Positions 40,633 to 49,536 of a stretch of DNA of 64,000 nucleotides are shown here, one piece after another; position 1 is the stretch's first letter; every line of letters begins with the position of its first letter. The stretch is from Alphaproteobacteria bacterium. Its GTDB lineage: Bacteria; Pseudomonadota; Alphaproteobacteria; CADEGL01. The stretch lies in the NCBI GenBank assembly GCA_050180485.1, contig JBFXED010000003.1:23654-87653 (forward strand), read 5' to 3'. Position numbers and translations under genes: made by a program. The notes beneath the pieces are model-generated. The model was not told the DNA's origin and did no database searches. It saw only the letters and a list, made by a program, of their open reading frames with translations.

Positions 40633-42204
40633 ATGCTGGGCAACGCGACGACGATCCGTCGGACGCTCGAGGAAAAGGCGCGTTCGCATCCCAATCGCCT
40701 CTACATGACGCATGAGGGCACGGCGCTGACCCTTGGCGAATTGGACCGGCGGGTGAACCGCTTCGCCAACGGCCTGGCCAAGCTGGGCTTCAAGGCGGGC
40801 GACCGCGTGGCCCTCATGCTCTCGAACCACCCGGACCATTTCTATGCCTTCCTGGCCTGCGCGAAGCTCGGCGTGGTGCAGGTGCCGGCCAACACCAACC
40901 TGCGCGCCACCAGCCTGGAATTCCTGTTCAAGCACGCCGATCCGCACGGCGTGATCGCGGACGATCATTTCGCCGAGCATCTGGTGCCGGTTCTGGCGGA
41001 CACGAAAGCCAAGCATGTGATCTGGCGCGGCAAGACGGCCGATGTGCCGGGCAAGCGCACCCATGCGTTTGCCGCGGTGATGGAGAGCGGCGCCGAGACG
41101 CCGCCGCCCGGCAATCCGCAACCAGAAGATGTGCTGTCGCTCAGCTACACCTCCGGCACCACGGGGCAACCCAAGGGCGTCATGGTTACCGACACTATGT
41201 TCCGTGCCTCGGCCTATGGCGCGGTGCGGCTCGGCGACATCAAGGCGGGTGACATCCTCTATCTCTGGGAACCGCTGTTCCATATCGGCGGCAGCGAGGT
41301 GATCGTTCTTGGCGTCTTCTTCGACATCACGATCGCGTTGACCGAACGGTTCAGCGCCTCGCGCTTCTGGCCCGAGGTGCGCGCGGCCAAGGCCACGCAT
41401 ATCCACCATCTCGGCGGCATCCTCTCGATCCTGATGAAGCAGCCGCCTGCGCCGGAGGACGCCGACAACACCGTGCGCGTGGCCTGGGGTGCGGGCGCAC
41501 CCGCGCGCATCCGCCAGCAATTCGCCGAGCGCTTCAAGGTGAAGGTTACCGAATCCTACGGCATGACCGAATGTTCCAGCATCACGACGGCCAACTCCGA
41601 GGGCGAGCCCGAGGCCGGCGTGGGCACTCCGATGCCGTATTTCGAGGTCCGCATCGTCGACGACGAAGGGAAGCCGCTGGGCGTCGGCGAGATGGGCGAG
41701 ATCCTGGTTCGCGAGAAGGAGCCCGGGTTCATCATGAAGGGCTATTTCCGCAACAAGGAGGCGACGGCCAGTGCACTCAAGGGCGGCTGGATGCACACGG
41801 GCGATCTCGGCAGCTTCGACGCGAAGGGGAACTACCACTATCTCGGCCGCAAGAAGGACAGTCTCCGCCGCCGCGGCGAGAACGTCTCGGCCTGGGAGGT
41901 CGAGCGGGTGCTGCTGACTCACGCGGCTGTCGAGGAATGCGCGGTGGTCGGTGTCGACACAGATGTCGGCGAGCAGGACATCAAGGCCTATATCAAGCCC
42001 GTCGCGGGCAGTGCGCCCGATCCGCTCGACATCATCAAATGGTGCGAGGCGCGCCTGGCCTATTTCCAGGTGCCGCGCTACGTCGCGTTCGTGGAGGCCT
42101 TCGCCAAGACGGCGACCGAGCGCGTCCAGAAGGAGAAACTGTCGAAGCAGGCGGACGGCGCGTGGGACCTGGAAGCGTCGGGCTACAAGCTGAAGCGGCG
42201 CTGA
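40633..42204 (+). CDS. AMP-dependent acyl-CoA synthetase/ligase
   Basis: Motifs YTSGTTGQPKGV, ESYGMTE, WMHTGDLG and LGRKKDSLRRRGENVS. Divergent from the crotonase gene. Confidence 0.85.
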   Translation: MLGNATTIRRTLEEKARSHPNRLYMTHEGTALTLGELDRRVNRFANGLAKLGFKAGDRVALMLSNHPDHFYAFLACAKLGVVQVPANTNLRATSLEFLFKHADPHGVIADDHFAEHLVPVLADTKAKHVIWRGKTADVPGKRTHAFAAVMESGAETPPPGNPQPEDVLSLSYTSGTTGQPKGVMVTDTMFRASAYGAVRLGDIKAGDILYLWEPLFHIGGSEVIVLGVFFDITIALTERFSASRFWPEVRAAKATHIHHLGGILSILMKQPPAPEDADNTVRVAWGAGAPARIRQQFAERFKVKVTESYGMTECSSITTANSEGEPEAGVGTPMPYFEVRIVDDEGKPLGVGEMGEILVREKEPGFIMKGYFRNKEATASALKGGWMHTGDLGSFDAKGNYHYLGRKKDSLRRRGENVSAWEVERVLLTHAAVEECAVVGVDTDVGEQDIKAYIKPVAGSAPDPLDIIKWCEARLAYFQVPRYVAFVEAFAKTATERVQKEKLSKQADGAWDLEASGYKLKRR

Positions 42205-42208
42205 GGCA

Positions 42209-43591
42209 TCAGCGTGGCGCGGCCTTGATCTCCTCGATCCGCTTTTCGACCTCGGTCCGCTCGGGCATGCCTTCGGGCAGCTTGGCCCGCAGGGCTTTCC
42301 AGTAGGCCTCGGCTTTCGCCGTGTCGCCGGCCTGCCAGGCGGCCGCGCCCAGGAAGAAGGCGGCGATCGCATTGCCCGGATCGATCGAATCGATGCGCCG
42401 CATCACGCCGACGAATTCCTGGGACAATTTGGCGCCGGGCTGCTGCAGCGCGAGGAGCGACTGCGCATAGCCCAGCTGCACGTTGACGTCGCCGGGCGTC
42501 AGCTGGGCGGCGTGCTTGAAGGCGTCCGCCGATTTCTCCTTCTCGCCCAGCACACGATAGGAGCGGGCGAGGCGCAACCAGCCTTCCACATCGTTCGGAT
42601 TGTCCTTCAGCTTCGCGGCCAACTGATCGACCATGCCGCGCACCATCGCCGTGCGCTGCTCCGGGGTCATGTTCTGCGTGGCCTGCATGTCCTCGGCGCT
42701 CGGCCCCGGCGCCTGCTGCGGCAAAACGGTCGCGGGATCGATGCCCAGCTCCGCCGCCGTCTGGCGGATGCGCGCAGTCAGCACGGGCATCCACGGCGCA
42801 TTGGGCTGGGAATCGGCGGCCAGTGCCGCCCAGATCTTGAGCGCCTCCGGCAGGCGTCCGGCCTGGCTCTCGGCCAGGCCGAGATAAAAGCGCGCGCGTG
42901 GTTCGCGCTTCTCACGCTCCAGGGCGCCTTCGAACAGCGTCTTGGCTTCGGGCGTCACTTGGCCCTGCGCGGCGAGGACCAGCGCTTCGCCGAGGCTCGA
43001 GGCGATTTCCGGTGCGCCGCCGGATAGCGTGTAAGCGCGGCGATAGGAATCGACCGCGTCCTGATAGCGGCCCAGCGCCTGTTGCATCAGTGCGAGCTGC
43101 ACCCAGCCGGCCTGATCGTCCGGCGCGGCGGCCAGCTTTGCCGCTAGTTCCGCCGTTTGCGCCTCAAGCGCCTTGTTCTGCTCGCCGCGCGCCTTCTCGA
43201 GTTCCGTCTGACGCGCAGCCAAGGGACGGTCCGGCGCGCCCGGCGCGCCGACCAGAAAATAGACGCCCAAGGCGGCGAAAACGGAAATCGCGGCCAGCAC
43301 GGTCGGGCCGAACCAGGAGCGTTTTATCGTAACCGGTGCCGCCGCTTCACCATCGCGCGTAAGGGCCAGGATGCGGCGGCCGATCTCCGCCTCGGCACCG
43401 CGTGCTTCGTCGTCCGAGATCAGGCCGCGTTCGCGGTCGCGTGTAAGTTCGGCCAGCTGGTCGCGATAGACGGCCAGGCCGTGCGCCGCGCGCGATGCCG
43501 CAGGCGCCGGCCGCCGCATCAGCGGACGCAGGATTGCCGCGACCGCGATGGCGGTGAGGGCAAGGAACGCGATGCCGGCCCAGATCGCCAT
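42209..43591 (-). CDS. ccmI: cytochrome c-type biogenesis protein CcmI (CycH), TPR
   Basis: N-terminal TM segment then TPR repeats. Last gene of the ccm cluster. 460 aa. Confidence 0.8.
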   Translation of the reverse strand: MAIWAGIAFLALTAIAVAAILRPLMRRPAPAASRAAHGLAVYRDQLAELTRDRERGLISDDEARGAEAEIGRRILALTRDGEAAAPVTIKRSWFGPTVLAAISVFAALGVYFLVGAPGAPDRPLAARQTELEKARGEQNKALEAQTAELAAKLAAAPDDQAGWVQLALMQQALGRYQDAVDSYRRAYTLSGGAPEIASSLGEALVLAAQGQVTPEAKTLFEGALEREKREPRARFYLGLAESQAGRLPEALKIWAALAADSQPNAPWMPVLTARIRQTAAELGIDPATVLPQQAPGPSAEDMQATQNMTPEQRTAMVRGMVDQLAAKLKDNPNDVEGWLRLARSYRVLGEKEKSADAFKHAAQLTPGDVNVQLGYAQSLLALQQPGAKLSQEFVGVMRRIDSIDPGNAIAAFFLGAAAWQAGDTAKAEAYWKALRAKLPEGMPERTEVEKRIEEIKAAPR

Positions 43592-43592
43592 C

Positions 43593-44051
43593 TTACGGAC
43601 CGCCGTTCAAAATTTTGTCGAGCCGCGCGCGTTCTTCCGCATCCAATGGCATGGTGCGGGACGTGGGCTTGCGGCGCCGCAAGGTCAGTATCATCGCACC
43701 CAGCGCGATCACCAGGACCAATGCCGGGCTGAACCAGAGAAGATAAGTTTCGGCGCGCATGGGCGGGCGCAGGCGAACATAATCGCCATACCGTGCGACA
43801 ACGAAATCCATCACCTGGGCATTGCTGTCGCCGGCCTTGATCCGCTCGCGGACCAGGATGCGAAGGTCGCGGGCCAGCGGTGCATTCGAATCGTCGATCG
43901 ACTGGTTTTGGCAGACCAGGCAACGCAGCTCCTGACCGACTTCGCGCGCGCGCGCCTCCTGCGCCGGATCGCTCAGCATCTCGTCGGGCTCGACCGCCCA
44001 AGCGGGTATCGCGATCAGAAGCGCGAAGAGGAGCACCAGCGCGCGGATCAT
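43593..44051 (-). CDS. ccmH: cytochrome c-type biogenesis protein CcmH (CycL)
   Basis: ELRCLVCQNQSIDDSNAPLARDLR has the LRCxxC motif. Signal sequence plus C-terminal TM. Start at MIRALVLLF. Confidence 0.85.
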   Translation of the reverse strand: MIRALVLLFALLIAIPAWAVEPDEMLSDPAQEARAREVGQELRCLVCQNQSIDDSNAPLARDLRILVRERIKAGDSNAQVMDFVVARYGDYVRLRPPMRAETYLLWFSPALVLVIALGAMILTLRRRKPTSRTMPLDAEERARLDKILNGGP

Positions 44052-44578
44052 TTTTGCAGCTCCTTCAAGAGCGGCAGGATTTTCTCGTCCAGATCGCGCG
44101 GCTGGACCGGGCCGACATGGCGGTAGCGGATGCGCCCTTCGCGGTCGATCACGAAGGTTTCGGGCACTCCGTAGACGCCCCACTCAATGGCGGCGCGCCC
44201 CTCGTGGTCGGCGCCGATGCGCGTATAGGGATTGCCCAGACGCTGCAGCCAGGCGATCGCGTCTTCCGGCTTGTCCTTGTAATTGATGCCGTAGATGGCG
44301 ACGCGACCTTCTTCCCTCAGGCGCAGGAAGACGGGGTGCTCCACCCGGCACGGGGCACACCACGAGGCGAAGACGTTGACCAGTGCGACCTGACCCTTGA
44401 GATCGGCGGTCGAGAGGCTGGGCACGGTGTCCAGCAACGGCGGCAGCGAAAACTCGGGCGCCGGGCGGTCGATCAGGGCGGAGGGCAGAACCGAAGGGTC
44501 CTTGCCCAGGCGCAGATAGGCCAGAACCGCAACCAAGCCCAGCAGCACAACCGGTAGGATATAGAGAAGACGCCGCAT
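44048..44578 (-). CDS. ccmG: thiol:disulfide interchange protein DsbE/CcmG
   Basis: Thioredoxin-fold WCAPC active site and GVYGVPETFVID. N-terminal anchor. Confidence 0.9.
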   Translation of the reverse strand: MRRLLYILPVVLLGLVAVLAYLRLGKDPSVLPSALIDRPAPEFSLPPLLDTVPSLSTADLKGQVALVNVFASWCAPCRVEHPVFLRLREEGRVAIYGINYKDKPEDAIAWLQRLGNPYTRIGADHEGRAAIEWGVYGVPETFVIDREGRIRYRHVGPVQPRDLDEKILPLLKELQK

Positions 44579-46561
44579 CTATTCGGCCGCCTGGGGCGCC
44601 GCGTTGCGGTCCGCGCGCGCGGGCGCGCCCACGCGATGGCGGCGGTCGGTCAGCGAGATGCCGCCACCCAGCGCGGTCACGATCGCGCCGATCCAGATCC
44701 AGGGCACCAGCGGGTTGTGATAGATGCGCACGACATGGCCGCCCTTGCCGTCGCCTTCACCGACGACGGTGTAGATGTCGGTGAAGAACGTCGTGTGGAT
44801 CGCGGCCTCGGTGGTCTGGCGCTGTTCCACCGGATAGAAGCGCCGCTCGGGAAACAGATGTGCAATGGTGCGTCCGCTGCGCTCGACCAGGAATGCGCCG
44901 CGCTCGGCGCGGTAGTTCGCACCCGCCACTTCGCTGACGCCTTCGAAGGTAAAGCGATAACCCGCGACGGCGACGCTCTCGCCCGCGCGCATGGTCTGGA
45001 TCAATTCGGTCTGCCATGCGCTGGTGGCGGTCACACCCGCGATCAGGATCGCGATACCCAGATGCGCGACCGTCATGCCATAGGCGGCACGCGGCAATCC
45101 GCATGCGCGGGCCAGCGTGTCGGCGAACGGCGACCGGAACAGGCGGATGCGCTCGGCCAGTTCCAAGAACGTGCCGGCCGCGATCCAGGCGGCCAGCGCC
45201 AGCGCGATGGCCGCCAGGACATGGCGATCATGGTCGAAGATCAGCACGCCGATGGCGACGCCGCCCGCGACAGCCATGGCCGCGCGTAGACGCTGCAGGG
45301 CGCCGGCCACATCGCCGCGCTTCCATGCCAGCATGGGGCCAAATCCCATGACCACGAACAGCGGCAGCATGAGCGGCAGGAAGGTCGCGTTGAAGTAAGG
45401 CGGTCCGACTGAGATACGCGCGCCGCCCAGCGCATCGAGGAACAGCGGATAGAGCGTGCCCAGCAAAACGGTCGCCGCCGCGACGGAGAGAAGCAGGTTG
45501 TTGAGCACCAGCGCGCCCTCGCGCGAGATCGGCGCGAACAGCCCGCCCGGTTTGAGGGCGGGCGCACGCAGCGCGTAAAGAAGGAACGCGCCGCCGACCG
45601 CGACCGCCAGTAGCACCAGGATGAACAGGCCGCGCTCGGGATCGTTGGCGAAGGCATGCACCGAAGTCAGCACGCCCGAGCGGACCAGGAACGTGCCGAC
45701 GAGCGACAGCGAGAAGGCCAGGATGGCCAGCAGGATGGTCCAGCTCTTGAGCGCGTCGCGCTTCTCCGCGACGGATGCCGAATGGATCAGCGCGGTGCCG
45801 ACGAGCCAGGGTAGAAATGAAGCGTTCTCGACCGGGTCCCAGAACCAGAAGCCGCCCCAGCCCAATTCGTAATAGGCCCACCAGCTCCCGAGCGCGATGC
45901 CGATGGTCAGAAAGCTCCAGGCCGCCAGCGCCCAAGGCCGCACCCAGCGCGCCCAGGCGGGATCGACTCGTCCTTCGATCAGCGCGGCGATGGCGAAGGC
46001 GAAGGTGATCGAGAAGCCGACATAGCCGAGATAGAGGAAGGGCGGGTGGAAGGCCAAGCCCGGGTCTTGCAGCAGCGGGTTGAAGCCTTCGCCGTCCATG
46101 GGCGGCGGGAAGATCCGCGCGAAGGGATTGGAGGTGAAGATGATGAAGAGGAAAAATCCCGTCGCGATCATGCCCTGCACGGAGAGGACCCGCGCCTTCA
46201 ACGGCGCCGGCAAATTGCCGCCGAAGCCGGCCACGGCCGCACCGAACAGCGCCAGGATCAACACCCACAGAAGGAGTGAGCCTTCGTGGTTTCCCCACGC
46301 GGCGCTCACCTTGTAAAGCAGGGGCTTGGTCGAGTGGCTGTTGGCCACCACGTTCGCGACCGAGAAATCCGATTGCACATAGGCCGCGATCAGGGCGGCA
46401 AAGGCGGCGCCGGTCAGAAGAAGCTGCGCGCCTGCGAGCGACGGGCCCATGGCCATCAGGCGCGAATCGCCGCGCGCGGCGCCCACAAGCGGCAGGCTGG
46501 CCTGCAGCACCGAAAGAACGAGGGCGAGGATGAGCGCGTAGTGGCCGGCTTCGACGATCAT
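44579..46561 (-). CDS. ccmF: cytochrome c heme lyase subunit CcmF
   Basis: 660 aa polytopic, with WGNHEGSLLLW and the WWAYYELGWGGFWFWDPVEN WWD-domain block. Confidence 0.9.
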   Translation of the reverse strand: MIVEAGHYALILALVLSVLQASLPLVGAARGDSRLMAMGPSLAGAQLLLTGAAFAALIAAYVQSDFSVANVVANSHSTKPLLYKVSAAWGNHEGSLLLWVLILALFGAAVAGFGGNLPAPLKARVLSVQGMIATGFFLFIIFTSNPFARIFPPPMDGEGFNPLLQDPGLAFHPPFLYLGYVGFSITFAFAIAALIEGRVDPAWARWVRPWALAAWSFLTIGIALGSWWAYYELGWGGFWFWDPVENASFLPWLVGTALIHSASVAEKRDALKSWTILLAILAFSLSLVGTFLVRSGVLTSVHAFANDPERGLFILVLLAVAVGGAFLLYALRAPALKPGGLFAPISREGALVLNNLLLSVAAATVLLGTLYPLFLDALGGARISVGPPYFNATFLPLMLPLFVVMGFGPMLAWKRGDVAGALQRLRAAMAVAGGVAIGVLIFDHDRHVLAAIALALAAWIAAGTFLELAERIRLFRSPFADTLARACGLPRAAYGMTVAHLGIAILIAGVTATSAWQTELIQTMRAGESVAVAGYRFTFEGVSEVAGANYRAERGAFLVERSGRTIAHLFPERRFYPVEQRQTTEAAIHTTFFTDIYTVVGEGDGKGGHVVRIYHNPLVPWIWIGAIVTALGGGISLTDRRHRVGAPARADRNAAPQAAE

Positions 46562-46565
46562 GGCG

Positions 46566-47009
46566 TCACGGCTTCGCCGCGTCCGGCCGCCATTGGCCGG
46601 ACTTCTTCAATGCCTCGGCCACTTCGGGCGGCATGTATTTCTCGTCATGCTTGGCCAGGACGCGCGTGGCCGCGAAGGTGCCGTCGGGCGCGAGTTTGCC
46701 TTCGACCACGATGCCTTGGCCCTCGCGGAACAGGTCGGGCAGGACCCCGGTATAGGTGACCGGCACGCTAGCGGTGAGATCAGTGACGCGGAAGGTCACA
46801 TGCGCGCCGTCGCGCACAACGCTGCCTTCCTCGACCAGCCCGCCGACGCGCAACGATGCGCCAGGGCGTGGCGGCTTCTCAGCCAGGTCGGCCGGTGCGT
46901 AGAAGAACACCATCGTGTCGCGCAGGGCCGACAACGCCAGCGCCGCCGCGCCGCCCAGCAGCGCCAAGCCGATCAGCACGAACAGAAGCCGCCGGCGCTT
47001 GGGCTTCAC
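46566..47009 (-). CDS. ccmE: cytochrome c-type biogenesis heme chaperone CcmE
   Basis: 147 aa. N-terminal anchor, LRVGGLVEEGSV, C-terminal H-containing heme-binding region LAKHDEKYMPPE. Confidence 0.9.
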   Translation of the reverse strand: MKPKRRRLLFVLIGLALLGGAAALALSALRDTMVFFYAPADLAEKPPRPGASLRVGGLVEEGSVVRDGAHVTFRVTDLTASVPVTYTGVLPDLFREGQGIVVEGKLAPDGTFAATRVLAKHDEKYMPPEVAEALKKSGQWRPDAAKP

Positions 47010-47179
47010 GCCGAATCTCCGCGTGCGGGCAGGGATTGCGCTTCGCGGCGCGCGCGCGCCCGGCGGCGCAAGGACGCAACCAGCAGCACGCCCAGCACGG
47101 CAAGGGCCGCGAGATAGGCGGGATAGACATATTCGCCATAGCTGGGCGTCGCGGCGGCGAAGGTGAGGAGAGGCATCAT
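47006..47179 (-). CDS. ccmD: heme exporter protein CcmD
   Basis: 57-aa single-TM peptide MMPLLTFAAATPSYGEYVYPAYLAALAVLGVLLVASLRRR, between ccmC and ccmE with a 4-nt overlap. Confidence 0.7.
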   Translation of the reverse strand: MMPLLTFAAATPSYGEYVYPAYLAALAVLGVLLVASLRRRARARREAQSLPARGDSA

Positions 47180-47184
47180 GATCG

Positions 47185-47901
47185 TCAGCTGCCCTGCATC
47201 AACCGGTGCACGCGCACACGGCGCGCCAGGATCTCGGCCTCGATGCGCACAATCACCGTCACAACAAAAAATGCCGTGAAGCCGGCGGCCATGAGGAGAA
47301 GCGGCGTCAGCATGTCGGGATGGATCGACGGTCCGCCGATGCGCACCACGCTGGCCGGTTGGTGCAGTGTGTTCCACCAATCGACCGAGAACTTGATGAT
47401 CGGCAGGTTCACGACGCCGACCAGCGCCAGAATCGCCGCCGCGCGCTGGCCGCGCGCCGGATCGTCGAAGGCGTTCAGAAGCGCCATGTGGCCGAGATAA
47501 AGGAAGAAGAGGATCAAGACTGAGGTCAGCCGCGCGTCCCACACCCACCATGCGCCCCACATGGGCTTGCCCCATAGCGAGCCGGTGACAAGCGCCAGGA
47601 AGGTGAAGGCCGCGCCGATGGGCGACGCCGCGCGCGCGAAGATATCGGCCAAGGGATGTTTCCAGATCAGCGCGGACGCGCTGGCCACCACGATCGCGGC
47701 GTAGACGAACATGGCCATCCAGGCCGACGGCACGTGGACATACATGATCCGCACCGTCTCGCCCTGCTGATAGTCGGGCGGCGAGGCGAGCAGTGCGAAA
47801 TAAAGGCCCGCGCCAAGCAGCAATACGGTCGCGCCCGCGGCCCACGGAAAGACCGCGCGTGCCAAGCGTAGGAAGCGATTGGGATTGGCGAATCTGTGCA
47901 T
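47185..47901 (-). CDS. ccmC: heme exporter protein CcmC
   Basis: Tryptophan-rich WWD motif GKPMWGAWWVWDARLTS. 238 aa with 6 TM. Confidence 0.9.
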   Translation of the reverse strand: MHRFANPNRFLRLARAVFPWAAGATVLLLGAGLYFALLASPPDYQQGETVRIMYVHVPSAWMAMFVYAAIVVASASALIWKHPLADIFARAASPIGAAFTFLALVTGSLWGKPMWGAWWVWDARLTSVLILFFLYLGHMALLNAFDDPARGQRAAAILALVGVVNLPIIKFSVDWWNTLHQPASVVRIGGPSIHPDMLTPLLLMAAGFTAFFVVTVIVRIEAEILARRVRVHRLMQGS

Positions 47902-47951
47902 GCGCGTCGCCTAGGATGTAGCCGCTGCGCGGTGCTTTGACCAGGGACGCG

Positions 47952-48617
47952 TCATTGCGCAGCCTGCCGCAAGGACGCCGCCGCGGCCCATGGCCCCAGG
48001 GCCAACGCCGCCAACAGGAACGCACCCAACGCCATCATCGGTGCCTGGAACGGCTCACCCGCGGCGGCGGCGGCGACCGCGCCGGCGCCGAAGACCAGGA
48101 CGGGAATATAAAGCGGCAGCACGAGGAGCGAGAGCAGCACGCCGCCACGCCGCGCGCCGAGGGACAGCGCAGCGCCGATGGCGCCTAGGATGGCGAGCGT
48201 CGGCGTGCCGAGCAGCATGCCGAGCAGAAGCGGGCAGAGAAGGGCGGTGTCGAGCGCCAGAAGCAGGGCCAGGAGCGGCGCCGCGATCATCAGCGGCGCG
48301 GCGGTGACCAGCCAATGCGCGGCGATCTTGGCCGCGACGGCCAGAACCAGCGGCTGGGGCGACAGCAGGATCTGGTCCAGCGTCCCGTCCTCGTAATCCG
48401 ACTGGAACAACCGGTCGAGGGAAAGAAGGACCGATAGCAGCGCCATCACCCACACGAGGCCCGGCGCGATGCGCGCGAGCACGGCCGGTTCGGCACCGAC
48501 GCCAAAGGGAAAGAGCGCGCCCGCGACGATGAAGAAGGCAACGACCATCAAGGCATCGCCGCCGTTGCGCACGGCTAGGCGCAGATCGCGGCACAGCAGG
48601 GCGGCGAACGCGCTCAT
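47952..48617 (-). CDS. ccmB: heme exporter permease CcmB
   Basis: About 221 aa from MSAFAALLCRDLRL, polytopic. The longer ORF upstream of this Met overlaps ccmA in another frame and is not credible. Confidence 0.8.
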   Translation of the reverse strand: MSAFAALLCRDLRLAVRNGGDALMVVAFFIVAGALFPFGVGAEPAVLARIAPGLVWVMALLSVLLSLDRLFQSDYEDGTLDQILLSPQPLVLAVAAKIAAHWLVTAAPLMIAAPLLALLLALDTALLCPLLLGMLLGTPTLAILGAIGAALSLGARRGGVLLSLLVLPLYIPVLVFGAGAVAAAAAGEPFQAPMMALGAFLLAALALGPWAAAASLRQAAQ

Positions 48618-49231
48618 GCCGTACTCGCGGAAAGCGAATCGATGTCGAGCGTGTCGTGCCCGCTCAATGGCGGCGCGCCGTGCGCGGAGAGAGCGACCAT
48701 GCCGCCCTTGGCGCGGTGCGCCGCGATGACATTCGACAATGTCGCGGTTCCGGCGGCGTCGAGCGCCGCGCCCGGTTCGTCGAGCAGCCATAGCGCGCGT
48801 GGCGCGAGAAGAAGTCGTGCCAGCGCGGTGCGCCGCCGCTGTCCGGCCGAGAGAAATCGCGCCGGCGTTTCGGCTTGGCCTGCGAGATCGAAGCCGGCCA
48901 GTGCCGCGCCCACATCGCCGCCGCCGTCGAAGGCGGCCCAGAAGGAAAGATTCTCCCGCACCGTTAGCGCGGCCTTCAACGCGTCGGCATGACCGACATA
49001 GCGGACGCGCGCGCGGTGCGCATCGGGCTCGAGCGGCGCGCCGTCCCATTCGAGCGTGCCGCCAGTCTGCGGCAGGAGGCCCGCCATCAGACGCAAGAGG
49101 CTGGTCTTGCCCGCGCCGTTGCGCCCAGCCAGCACCAGCACGCCGCCCGGACGCAGCGCGAAGTCGAGCGCGCGGAACACGATCCGCTCGCCTCGCGCGC
49201 ACATCAGATCGCGGCCCGTGAACACACGCAT
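48614..49231 (-). CDS. ccmA: cytochrome c biogenesis ATP-binding export protein CcmA
   Basis: Walker A GRNGAGKTSLL, signature LSAGQRRR, Walker B LWLLDEP. Start MRVFTGRD with GGAGA immediately upstream. A GTG three codons downstream would give more normal SD spacing. Confidence 0.85.
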   Translation of the reverse strand: MRVFTGRDLMCARGERIVFRALDFALRPGGVLVLAGRNGAGKTSLLRLMAGLLPQTGGTLEWDGAPLEPDAHRARVRYVGHADALKAALTVRENLSFWAAFDGGGDVGAALAGFDLAGQAETPARFLSAGQRRRTALARLLLAPRALWLLDEPGAALDAAGTATLSNVIAAHRAKGGMVALSAHGAPPLSGHDTLDIDSLSASTA

Positions 49232-49293
49232 TCTCCCTGGTGGCGGCGGGAAGCTAGCGGATTTGGAAGAGCGCGGCGATGCGGGGCGGGGCA

Positions 49294-49340
49294 AAAAAAG
49301 TGGCCGCCGAGTTGGGGGGAACTCGGCGGCCGGTGGTGCG
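49294..49340 (-). terminator. strong rho-independent terminator between the SBP gene and ccmA
   Basis: Minus-strand RNA GGCCGCCGAGUU-cccccc-AACUCGGCGGCC then AC + U7. 12-bp perfect stem. Confidence 0.6.
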
Positions 49341-49536
49341 GTCCGGGGTTCTGGCCCGGACCATCTTCGGAGGCTAAGGGGTGGGCCTCCGAGAGGGGTT
49401 CGCCACGGGACGGATTAGGCCTCTACACGGTGGCCGCTTCGGGTCTGAAATATGGCGATAAAAAGGTATTTTCGCCGGCAGACCGGTCGAAATAACCGTT
49501 CAATGTCAGGAGTTTACAGATTTTTGGCGGATGGGT

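Noticed and set aside
47180-48025. Upstream part of the 339-aa ORF 47006-48025
   Set aside because: Only the last 57 codons (CcmD) make sense. The remainder overlaps ccmC in a different frame and has no membrane-peptide character.
48618-49202. Upstream part of ORF 47952-49202 (416 aa) preceding the CcmB Met
   Set aside because: It overlaps ccmA out of frame and is Arg-rich low complexity. CcmB of about 221 aa starting at MSAFAALL matches family length.
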